Source: Candidatus Latescibacterota bacterium
GTDB lineage: Bacteria > Latescibacterota > UBA2968 > UBA8231
Assembly (NCBI GenBank): GCA_965223905.1
Contig: CBDCXV010000011.1
Coordinates: forward strand, 1,696,001 to 1,760,000
DNA length: 64,000 nucleotides
Direction of reading: 5' to 3'
Positions 20,509 to 30,106 of this stretch are shown here, piece after piece; within the stretch, counting starts at the first letter, position 1, and every line of letters begins with the position of its first letter. Below the pieces are notes generated by a model. That model made no database searches, was not told the DNA's origin, and saw nothing but the letters and a program-made list of their open reading frames with translations. Made by a program: the position numbers and the translations under genes.

Positions 20509-22092
20509 GTGCGACGCGTCCGAGCGCACGCCCGCAGCCTGTTCGCCGCACCCTGGCTGTGTTCGGGTCTGCTGTCAGCGGAGATCGGATGCACCGATCC
20601 GGACCCGGGACCGAACGCACGGCCGTGCGGCCGTCCCTGGTGTCAGGAGGCGGAGGGGGCGGGGCTGCAAGCGGCCGGACCGATGCATGGCCGCGGCGCC
20701 GCCTTCGTCGACGTGGACGGGGACGGGTGGGAGGACCTGTGGCAGTCGGATACGACAGGAGGGTCCTGCCTGTACCGGAATCGGGGAGACGGCACCTTCG
20801 AGCTATTCGACACCGGGATCGCCCCCTCGGCTCTCGCTTCCAACTGGGCAGGGGTCTGGGGCGACATCGACAACGACGGCGACCCGGATCTCTTCCTCGT
20901 CAACGGCGGGTACGAGGGGGAGCTGCCATGCGCCCTGTACCGCAACGACGTTCCGGATGGCGGGTCGTTCGTCGACGTGACGACCGCAGCGCGCCTGAAA
21001 ACCCTCGACGGAGATTGGTGGGGTGCGAGCTTCGCGGACTTCGACCGCGATTCGCTTCTCGACCTCGTGGTAACCAGAATCGGGCTCACCGGGGCTGCGC
21101 CGATGCTGCTGCTCTACCACAACAGGGGAGACGGCACCTTCGAGGAGATATCGGAGTCGGTCGGCCTCGTTCCGCCCGCCGGCCTGCTGAAGAATCCGGT
21201 CTGGCTCGACTACGACCGGGACGGCGATCCGGACCTCTACATCGCCATGGGCGAATACGGCGAACATGCCCTGTATCGGAACGACGGGAGCAGGTTTGCA
21301 CGCGTACCGTTCGACCTCGATCCGGAGCTGCCTGTCGACAATTCTTTCGAGATTTTTCACGCCTTCTGCGCCGCCGCGGACGACTTCAACCAGGATGGCT
21401 GGGACGATCTCTATCTCGGACGCTGGTCCTACCAGGACTACGTCTTTCTCAACAAAGGTGACGGTACCTTCGGCGCGGTCGGAGCCGAAGCCGGGCTCGA
21501 CATGGCGGTCCATCCGATGGAGGAGGAGAACACGATGGGACTCGCCGTCGGCGACCTCGATGACGACGGCTGGCCCGACTTGCTCATTGGAACCGGAGCA
21601 CCCTTTGCCGCCCGGGTCCCCCTCGCCTACTGCAGCAATGGCGACTCCTTCGGCTTTCACCGCTGCAGCGACGACTTCCTGGAAGGACACGGCATCTCCT
21701 GGCACCACGGAGCCGCACTCGGGGACCCCGACCACGACGGCGATACCGATATCTTCTGGAGTCTCGGAGGCCACCGGGGCGGCGGCGAAGCCGAGGACGA
21801 ACTCGCCGCCTACTACGTCCGCTATCCGGAGAAGGCCCCGTCCACCGCGGTCGTGCACCTGGTGGGAACTGCCTCGAACCGGTCCGCGGTGGGGGCGCGC
21901 CTCGAAGTAACGGGCAGCCGGACCCACTACTACACCGTCCGCAGCAGCCAGGGGTTCGCGAGCCAGAACAGCGACTGGCTGCCGGTCTCGCTTTCCGGGT
22001 CCGGCCGGGCGACTGTGCGCGTCTTCTGGCCCTCCGGAAGGGAAACCGAGGTTTTTGTGAGTCCCGGAGACCGCATCGAGATCGTGGAATGA
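20509..22092 (+). CDS. CRTAC1-family FG-GAP/ASPIC-UnbV protein, possible lipoprotein
   Basis: DVDGDG, DIDNDGDPDL, DYDRDGD, SNRSAVGARL, GFASQN, RVFWPSG. GTG at 20509. Confidence 0.85.
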   Translation: MRRVRAHARSLFAAPWLCSGLLSAEIGCTDPDPGPNARPCGRPWCQEAEGAGLQAAGPMHGRGAAFVDVDGDGWEDLWQSDTTGGSCLYRNRGDGTFELFDTGIAPSALASNWAGVWGDIDNDGDPDLFLVNGGYEGELPCALYRNDVPDGGSFVDVTTAARLKTLDGDWWGASFADFDRDSLLDLVVTRIGLTGAAPMLLLYHNRGDGTFEEISESVGLVPPAGLLKNPVWLDYDRDGDPDLYIAMGEYGEHALYRNDGSRFARVPFDLDPELPVDNSFEIFHAFCAAADDFNQDGWDDLYLGRWSYQDYVFLNKGDGTFGAVGAEAGLDMAVHPMEEENTMGLAVGDLDDDGWPDLLIGTGAPFAARVPLAYCSNGDSFGFHRCSDDFLEGHGISWHHGAALGDPDHDGDTDIFWSLGGHRGGGEAEDELAAYYVRYPEKAPSTAVVHLVGTASNRSAVGARLEVTGSRTHYYTVRSSQGFASQNSDWLPVSLSGSGRATVRVFWPSGRETEVFVSPGDRIEIVE

Positions 22093-22197
22093 TCCCACCC
22101 GCTTCCCGGCTACGGCCCCCGCGCCGAAGGCAACCGTCCACACAGGTTCCCGGCCTTCAGGCGGCAGCCGGGGCGTCGCACATCTGCAGCGAGCCGG

Positions 22198-23230
22198 TCA
22201 AGGTGATGATGCCACCGTACCCTGAAGCTGACGGGCCGTTTCGAAGTGGTGCCGCGCCAGCTCTTTCAGGCGGAGCTTCAGGTAGAGTGCAGCGCCCGTT
22301 CGTACTCCTGACGCTGCAGGTAGACCAGCCCGAGTTGGTAGTTGACCTCGTAGCGGGCTTCCTTCCGCGAGTCGTGAGGCAGAGCTTCTTGCAGGGTCGC
22401 CAGCGCTTCGTCGAGGCGCTGCCGGCGAAAGTAGAGCTTGCCCAGGTTGATGCGGGCGCGAGTGTGATCCGGTGCGTACTGAAGAGCCCGCCCAAAGGCT
22501 GCTTCCGCTTTTTGCGGAAGGTCCTGATGCTCGTAGACGACTCCAAGGCTGTTGAAAACGTCCGGGTCGTCGGGGTAGGCATGCAAGGCTGGCAGCAGGG
22601 CCTGATGCGCCAGATCGTGCTGCTGTTGGCGCAGGTAGACATGGCGACGCGACGTTTTGACGCGGTACAGCCACCAGCCGGCCACGGGCAACAGCAGCAG
22701 GGTGTTGCTGCGCGTCAGCACCAGGAGCCCAAGCAGCAGGCCGGCGGCCGCGGCGTTGCCTGCCGAGGGGCGTTTCCGGCATCGCAACAGGGCCAGGACC
22801 AGCGCCAGTTCGAGAAACAGGACGAGGCCCGTGGCGAGCAGCTCTCCGCTGAAAAAGATGAAGGGCCAGTAAAGGGCGGCGAAGAGACCGGCTACCAGGG
22901 GTACCGGTGCCGGGAAGAAGGCTGCCGCGACGCGGCAGAGGAGAACGCAGGAGCCGGCGTCGAGAAGGGCCTGGAAGAAGCGGATTCCCGCATGGTTCGC
23001 GCCGGCGAGCTTGAGCAACGCCAGCAGGTAGGGATACAGCGGACCGTGGACGTAGCCGCCGTCGTCGACCAGAAACCAGTTTCCCCGCAGGAGCTGGTTG
23101 GAGAGCCCGTCGTACTCGTACGCGTCGAGGACCAGGGTGTCGAAGTACGGAGTGTCCCCTGTCTCTGCCAGGTGAAGCAGGCGTATGCCGAGGGCCAGGA
23201 CGAAGAGAGCCAGAGTCGTCCGGGGTTCAC
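22198..23230 (-). pseudogene. Decayed GT39/PMT-like glycosyltransferase plus TPR gene
   Basis: LVLDAYEY, GPLYPYLLA, YWPFIFFSGELL followed directly by TPR repeats. Frameshifts near 23225 and 22290 and a large internal deletion relative to paralog 34674-36854. Confidence 0.75.
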
Positions 23231-23315
23231 GGCCGCTTCACTGCCGGGGCGGCTTCCATACCGATGCGGATCCCCCCGCTCTTGGACCGTGCACAAGAGC
23301 CCACCCCGGCTTCAA

Positions 23316-24371
23316 CTACCAGCTCCAGACCCAGCGGTCTCGATTGGGCACGGGAGGAATCACTGCGGTTCCCCCCCGCAAATGAGATTCGTACAGCCCG
23401 AAGCCGATCTCCTGACTGATCATCGCCACCCGCAGGTTGCTCCTGCGCCCGGGATTGCCGGTCTCGATGGCCTCTACCAGATCCCGAATAATGTGCATGG
23501 TGCCGCTGCGGGGCTCCGCTTGCTCGACAGGCACGACATCGAGCGCATCCGACACGGAACTTCGTCGCCGCAGCTGTATCGCTTCGCCGTCGTTGACCAC
23601 GCGGATACTCCCTTCTGAACAGACCAGTTCGACCTCCCGCCCTACTCCCGTTCGCGCCACGTGGGCGAAGGTCCCGTTGTCGAACTCGATCAGTGCCGAA
23701 AGCACAGGGGTGTCGTTGATGAATTTCATGCCCGTGGCGTCGTCTTCGGCCGGGTTGAGCTGGGAAATCCTTCCCTGAACGGACACCGGCTCCGGGTCGC
23801 CGAGCAGGTACAGGAGCAGGTCGATGAAGTGCCCCTCGAGCGCCTTTCCCTCGAAGCCCAGCACCGCCTGGATCTCCCCCAGGTCGCCGCTCTCCGCGAT
23901 GGTCCGCGCCTGTTCGTACGCCGCCCAGTGGCGGTAGATGCATCCGTACTCCAGGTGCGTGCCGTTGCGCTCGAAAGCTTCTCTTATGGCGTCGGTTTCA
24001 GTCAGCGTCATGCACAGGGGCTTTTCCGCGTATACCCCCGCAACGCCGCGGTTGGCCGCGAAAATCAGTTGTTCGGCATGCTGCTCCGGACGAGTGGCCA
24101 CGCTCACGATATCGAGATCCTCCAGCTCTACCATCTCGCGATAGTCTTCGTAGGCCCTGACCTTCCAGCGATCGACAAAGGCCTGCAGGCGTGACGCGTC
24201 GATATCGCATGCGGCGACGACCTGCGTCTCCTCTACCGCGGCGTAGCCGGCGGCATGCGAATAAGGGAGTTCCAATCCGCTCCGATTGGGACGCTCTTTC
24301 CTTCTTGCTATCTGCTCGTCTTCGATGGTGTTGGCCATGCGACCACAGCCGATGATGCCGACGCGAAACAT
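23316..24371 (-). CDS. Gfo/Idh/MocA family oxidoreductase
   Basis: RVGIIGCGRMA Rossmann motif, DIVSVAT..H, AEKP. Confidence 0.92.
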   Translation of the reverse strand: MFRVGIIGCGRMANTIEDEQIARRKERPNRSGLELPYSHAAGYAAVEETQVVAACDIDASRLQAFVDRWKVRAYEDYREMVELEDLDIVSVATRPEQHAEQLIFAANRGVAGVYAEKPLCMTLTETDAIREAFERNGTHLEYGCIYRHWAAYEQARTIAESGDLGEIQAVLGFEGKALEGHFIDLLLYLLGDPEPVSVQGRISQLNPAEDDATGMKFINDTPVLSALIEFDNGTFAHVARTGVGREVELVCSEGSIRVVNDGEAIQLRRRSSVSDALDVVPVEQAEPRSGTMHIIRDLVEAIETGNPGRRSNLRVAMISQEIGFGLYESHLRGGTAVIPPVPNRDRWVWSW

Positions 24372-24380
24372 CGCGGTCTC

Positions 24381-25001
24381 CTACTGCATGGGGGAAAACG
24401 GGGCGGGATAGAGGATCTTGTTCTCTTGTCTCACGGGCTTGACCGGGGTCCGCGGAGGCCAGTAACCCTGCTCCCGGGCCTGCTCGCGCACGCGCTGTCG
24501 TTCCTCGAAACTCTCATAGGCCCACATGTGAACGAAGTTGTCGAGTCCGCCGCTGTCGGAATACCAGCAGCCGGCCAGGGGCGAAAGACCCTCTCGCTTC
24601 TCCATCTGTTTCCCCCAGGCGTCCAGCACCGCAGGAAGGGCCTCGGCCGGATAGGTATACAGCCGCATTTCGTATAGAGGACCGATACGCCGTTCGCCGA
24701 GAGGTGGCATGAATGGCGCCGGCAGATAGATCCGGGACACCATGTCCACGATGAGTTCGCCCGAGTCGGGGGGCCAGGCGGGGTCGGGGCCAGCCTCGGC
24801 TCGCTGGCGGATCTCCGCTCTCTGCTCCATGTCCTCGTATGGCCAGACGGCAACCATCTGATTTAGCGGACCGACCTCGGTGTACCAATGGCCCCCGAGT
24901 TTGGAGAACTCCTGGCGGCGAGGAAGCTTTTCGCCGAAACGCTTCCAGTATTCCTGCAGATTATGCGTTCTGAGATTGTAGGTCCGTATCTCGTAGATCA
25001 T
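24381..25001 (-). CDS. NIPSNAP family protein (two domains)
   Basis: YEIRTY / YEMRLY, G.LN..V.VW.YE..EQR duplicated. Confidence 0.92.
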   Translation of the reverse strand: MIYEIRTYNLRTHNLQEYWKRFGEKLPRRQEFSKLGGHWYTEVGPLNQMVAVWPYEDMEQRAEIRQRAEAGPDPAWPPDSGELIVDMVSRIYLPAPFMPPLGERRIGPLYEMRLYTYPAEALPAVLDAWGKQMEKREGLSPLAGCWYSDSGGLDNFVHMWAYESFEERQRVREQAREQGYWPPRTPVKPVRQENKILYPAPFSPMQ

Positions 25002-25459
25002 TGCAGAACTCCTTGTCGATTCAGTTCCACTTGACGAAGCCGCCGTCCACGAAGCAGGAATGCGATTCCTGCCATGGCGATTCCGAAGGGGGGTTGACTG
25101 GAATTGCGCGGCACGAAATCCGGCTTACTCCAGGTACATCATGGCTGGAATCCTTGAAATTGACGACGATCCCGTTTGGCGGCAACCTCCGGCGCATTCA
25201 AAAAGCGATCGCGGACAAGGGAAGGAGGCGGATGCCCTCGCTCTACCGTCCAGCGGCTCACCGCATTCTTTTATGCGTGAAGGGCGTGGCCTGCACCTCC
25301 CGCCAAGTCGTAGCAAAGCTGCGGATTCCTCGGGCGCTTTATCTGGTGAACGCGTCTCAGCGGGGACCGCGTGGTGATGGAATTCACCTGACCGTCATCC
25401 CGGAGTATGAGCGATGGCACGAGCCGCCCCTGTTTGGGTACCTTATGGAGGGACCACCA

Positions 25460-25710
25460 AGTACGAGCACCTTCACACCCAAGAGGCGAAAATGAACACC
25501 ACGCTCGACCTCATGCAGCTGCGCTCGCCCCCGGGCCCCACCCACGTAGTCATCCAGCTTCTGCAGCAACTGCTTGCCCTGCTCCCACTGCCACTCGTGG
25601 CCGCCGATTCCGCCTTTTTGCACCCCACGGCCCCCCATGGCTTCTCGAGGGGGGAGAGACAACCAGTGCCGCGGGGATGGAGACGTTTTGCGCGCAAGAA
25701 CTCTACCCTT
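25460..25710 (-). mobile_element. Possible ISKra4-family transposase 5' remnant
   Basis: LQKLDDYVGG.....LHEVERGV.FRLL resembles ISKra4 N-termini. IR-like GGGTAGAGTTCTTGCG lies at the GC boundary. Confidence 0.4.
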
Positions 25711-25899
25711 TGGCGGCGGCTTTGTAAATTCCCAGGCGGTTGAATTCGTGGATATGGAGACACACTCTTTTTTTGTTTTGTCGTGACAAAAGATAATATT
25801 GATGAATATATACTGCCTCATTCTTTTACCATACCGCAGTGTAAATTGGTTTCTCCTGTTTCCCCAGGTTACCGACTAATAAATCCTCCAAAAATCAAT

Positions 25900-27282
25900 A
25901 TGAATTGCACTCCATTTTTCTCCTCATTTTTCAAACCGGCCGATATATCCTCTCTGGTCTTTTTTCGCATAGTCTATGGTTTAATGATGATCTTGACTTT
26001 TTCCCTTTTTCTGGACCAATTTGACATTAAAGCAAACTGGATCGATCCTCAGTTTCATTTCCACTATATAGGCTTCGAATGGGTCAATCCTCTGCCCGGC
26101 CCATACATGTACCTGTTTTTTGCGCTACTTATTTTGCTGGCTTTCTCTATTTGTATCGGCTATCGTTATACCATAAGCTGCTCCCTCTTCTTCCTGGGCT
26201 TGACCTATTTTTTGCTCATCAATCAGATTGTCTGGGACACCTACTTCTATTTGGCTTGGTGGATCAGTCTAGTCCTGATATTCGTTCCTGCTCATAAGAA
26301 GTTTTCCTATGACGCCTGCAAGGATCCAAGTTATTGCACTGAAACGATTCCCGCATGGACTGTTTGGATATTACGATTTCAGATCGCCATGCCTTATTTG
26401 TTTGGAGGAACAACAAAATTAAATAACGATTGGTTGAGAGGTTTTGTCACCAAAGGTCTCTTCTCATCGAAAACTCATCTCCCTTTTTTTGGGCCATTTT
26501 GTCAAGAACCCTGGTTTATTTTTGGTACGGCTTACGGTGGCCTCCTTCTCGATTTGTTCCTCGTCCCCATGGTGATATTCCGACCTCTTCGCAAGGTAGG
26601 ACTGATCTCATTATTTTCCTTCCACATCTTCAATTTCTTCATCACCAATGTCGGTTTCTTCGCCTTGTTCATGCTTGCAACAACGCTGATTTTGCTGCCT
26701 CCATCCTGGCCTCGAGCAATACTTGACAAATTACAAAAGACGCCTTTTCAAAATCTAAACACGTCAAAACCGGAAAGAACCCCGGTAAAAAAGCTTAACA
26801 AGCTGCAGAGGCTGACCATTTCTCTTATCAGCATGTATGTGATCGTGCAACTATTCATCCCCCTGCGTCATCATCTGATAGAAGGAAACGTCCATTGGAC
26901 CGAAGAAGGGATTGTTTTCAGCTGGGCGATGCGATCCAGCATCAAAAGGTATAAATTGGATTTCCATCTTTACGACAAGGAGAATGACAAAAAGTCATTG
27001 ATCAGAAACCGTGACTTTTTCACACCACTTCAAATTGAAGTTATGGCCACGGATCCTGATAAAATCCTGCAGGCGGCGCATTACATTGGGAAAAGATACC
27101 TGGAGATGCACAAGTCCGACCAGATAGCTGTGATGGTTCAATCACGCCTTAGGCTCAACGGCAGAAAATCTCAATTCCTCGTTGACCCTGAAATTGATTT
27201 GCTGACAAAGCGTCGTACTTTCGGACACAAAGATTGGATCATGCCCCTTGTAGAACCCTTGCCTGCCACTTTGATCGACTGA
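25900..27282 (+). CDS. HTTM domain / vitamin K-dependent gamma-carboxylase-like membrane protein (low-GC insert)
   Basis: FFRIVYG, FHFHYIGFEWV.PLP, LRFQ...YLFGG..KLNNDWLRG, PLRH..G.VHWTEEG..FSW.M, LNGR..Q..VDP. Confidence 0.9.
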   Translation: MNCTPFFSSFFKPADISSLVFFRIVYGLMMILTFSLFLDQFDIKANWIDPQFHFHYIGFEWVNPLPGPYMYLFFALLILLAFSICIGYRYTISCSLFFLGLTYFLLINQIVWDTYFYLAWWISLVLIFVPAHKKFSYDACKDPSYCTETIPAWTVWILRFQIAMPYLFGGTTKLNNDWLRGFVTKGLFSSKTHLPFFGPFCQEPWFIFGTAYGGLLLDLFLVPMVIFRPLRKVGLISLFSFHIFNFFITNVGFFALFMLATTLILLPPSWPRAILDKLQKTPFQNLNTSKPERTPVKKLNKLQRLTISLISMYVIVQLFIPLRHHLIEGNVHWTEEGIVFSWAMRSSIKRYKLDFHLYDKENDKKSLIRNRDFFTPLQIEVMATDPDKILQAAHYIGKRYLEMHKSDQIAVMVQSRLRLNGRKSQFLVDPEIDLLTKRRTFGHKDWIMPLVEPLPATLID

Positions 27283-27398
27283 TTCCCCGCACATCGTGCA
27301 GGGATCACACGACTTTTCGAATAGTATTTCGCCACGGGACACTGGCCGTTGAAACAGAATCGCCTCGCTTCGGGAATTCCTCGCTGACGGGCGCCGTC

Positions 27399-30060
27399 AT
27401 GACCGGCGCAGTCTACTTCCTCTTCTTCTTCTCCGGCGCCGCCGGGTTGATCTACCAGGTCGTCTGGGTCCGCCAGTTCGGTAACGTCTTCGGCAATACG
27501 GTCTACTCCGCATCCCTCGTCATCGCCGTGTTCATGTGCGGGCTCGGAGTCGGCAGCTACCTGGCCGGTATCTGGGCCGACCGGCGCTACGCCTCGGCTC
27601 CCTCCTCACTTCTCAAGGCCTTCGGATACTCCGAACTGGCCATCGGCGGAATGGGTTGCCTGATCGCGCTGATCCTGCCCCGGCTTGGATGGCTCTCGGC
27701 GGCCATCTCCTCCTACGTCCCGGGCTCCAACGGCTGGTACTTCCTCTCCACCGGCTCCCATCTGGGGCGCTACGGCATCGCCGTCCTCCTGCTCTTGCCG
27801 ATCACCCTCCTGATGGGAGCGACACTCTCCCTTCTGATTCGGTACCTGGTTCAGCGCGACGTGGCCGCAGCTGGATGGAAGATCGGCGCGCTCTACGGGA
27901 TCAACACCGCCGGCGCCGCCGCGGGCGCCTTTCTCACCGACTTCGCCTTCATTCCCGCGGCGGGCTTGCTCGGCACCCAGATCATCGCCGTGATCTGCAA
28001 CGCCATAGCCGCTACGGGCGCACTCTGCCTGGCGGCTACCCGCTCCTCGCCGCACGCCGAAAGGGCCATCGCCGGCGACACGGCCCTCGACGCTGGGAAG
28101 GTGAAAACCGGGATGACGGAGGCGAAGGGCAGCCAAGCCATCGTCGTCCTGAGCGGGCTCGCCCTTCTGCTGGCAGGTTTCGCCGCCATGGGCATGGAGA
28201 TCGTCTGGTTCCGCCACATCGCACATACCGTCGGCAGCTTCCGGTCGGTGTACTCGCTGCTTCTCACGGTCATTCTGATCGGAATCTGGCTGGGCGCCAT
28301 GGCCGGCGGATTCTTCCACCGTCGCTTCGGCCATCCGCTCCCCTCGTTCATGGCGACGCAGGCACTTTTTGCGGCTTTTGCGTTGCTGGGCGTGGCGAAT
28401 GCCGACGTCGATCAGCTCGTGGCGGCGGGGAGCGCGGGCGCCGCCAGCTTCCTCGCCTCCTCGGGATTGAAGCGATCGGCCATCGAGGTCTGGATCAACC
28501 TGCAGCCGGTGCTCCGCGAGGTGGCCATCCCGGCATTCTTCATGGGCTTTGCCTTTCCGCTGGCCAACGCGACGGTCCAGCGCGCCGAGGAGGTCGTAGG
28601 CCGACGTGCCGGTCCTGCTCTATCTGGCAAACACCGTCGGCGCGGTCCTGGGATCTCTGGTAACGGGGTTTGTCTTCCTGCCCGCGTTCGGCATGCAGCA
28701 GAGCGTGACGGCGCTGGCCGGCGTTGCTGCACTCGGGATCGTTCCGCTCTACCTGGCGGCCAGGCCGGTGACCCCGTGGAGTCCCGGGAAGCCCCCGGCA
28801 ACGGCGGCGTTCGTCGCCTCGATGGCCCTGTCGGGCACGGTTCTGACGCTGTGGATGGGCCTCCCATCGAATCACGTGATCGCCAAGAGCCTCAAACCCA
28901 TGTCTCCGGGCGAGAAACGGCTGGTGGTCAGCGAGGGCATCACCGAGATGCTCGCCGTCACCGAGCACCCGAGGGAAGGCCGGCGCCTGCTGACCAATGG
29001 GTTCTTCATGTCCGCCACCAACTGGAAGGGACAGCGCTACATGCGGGCCTTCGCGCACATCCCGCTCCTCTCCATGGAGGCCCCGGAAACCGTGCTCGTG
29101 ATCGCCTTCGGCGTGGGCAACACGGCACACGCCGCCGCTCAGCACGAATCAGTCCGCCGCCTGGAGGTTGCCGAACTGTCCGCACACATCCTCGACCATG
29201 CCGGCTATTTCTCCGCGACCAACGGCAACGTGCTCGAGAGCCCCAACATCTCCGTCTTCGTCAACGACGGCCGCCAGCATCTCCGGATGCAGCCGGCAGC
29301 GACCTACGATCTGGTGACCCTGGAGCCCCCTCCCATCGCCCACGCCGGCATGGCCTCGCTGTATTCGCGCGAGTTCTTCGAGCTGGTCCGCTCCCGTCTC
29401 AAACCGGGAGGCTATCTCACCATATGGCTGCCCGCCTACCAGGTCCCCGGGGAAACGGCGCTTTCGATGGTGCGTACGTTTGTCGACGTATTCCCGAGCG
29501 CCGTGCTCCTGTCGGGGGTATACTCCGAGCTCATCCTGATGGGGGTCAGGGATTCGAAGCTGGAAATCGACCCGGCGCTCGTGAAGCCCAGGCTCGAGTC
29601 GATGCCCGCGGTCCGCGAGGATTTGGAGGGAATCCACCTGGGCACATTGACCGAGATCATCGGCAGCTTTGCCGCCTCGGGCGAGACACTCGCTCGAGCG
29701 AGCAAGCTGTCACCACCCGTGACGGATGACCGTCCGATTCCCGATTACGCCAGGAAGTCCCAGCTGCGGGATCATCGAATCCCATCCCAACTCTTCGACG
29801 TCAGGGACGTCGGCACCTGGTGCCCCAATTGTTTCATGGATGGCCAGCCGCTCCCGGAGCTCGAGCAGATCGGTACTTACCTGAGCCTCCTCGAGCGCCT
29901 CTACCAAGCCCCCCGATTCCTCAACTCCAGCACGATCAAGCGCGCCCATCAGCGGAGAGCCCGCATCGGGATTCGGCCCGATGCGGCGACTCGGAGAGCC
30001 ATCGCAGAGCACCGATACCTCGGCTACGTGATGGAGGGCTATTTCCACGAATTGAGGTGA
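27399..30060 (+). pseudogene. Fused multi-TM/spermidine synthase-like SAM-binding protein, single frameshift near 28614
   Basis: SGAAGLIYQVVW.R, LMGATL, LYGINTAG, MGFAFP, then in the next frame LYLANTVG, VLVIAFGVGNT, NDGRQHL, YDLVTLEPP, SLYSREFF. May be intact in vivo. Confidence 0.85.
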
Positions 30061-30106
30061 AGTGGCGGGTGTGTCCTGACCCCGTTCGGGAAACTGTGCT
30101 TGTCTC

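Noticed and set aside
19020-21740. Recurring gacaacgacggc-type nucleotide repeats as a CRISPR or DGR signal
   Set aside because: They are codons of FG-GAP DxDxDG motifs with irregular spacing, and no cas or reverse transcriptase gene is present.
22089-23618. 509-aa plus-strand ORF
   Set aside because: Antisense to the GT-TPR pseudogene and the oxidoreductase; no recognisable motifs.
25001-25495. Short ORFs in the 25.0-25.5 kb gap
   Set aside because: No recognisable domain or RBS; probably decayed sequence.
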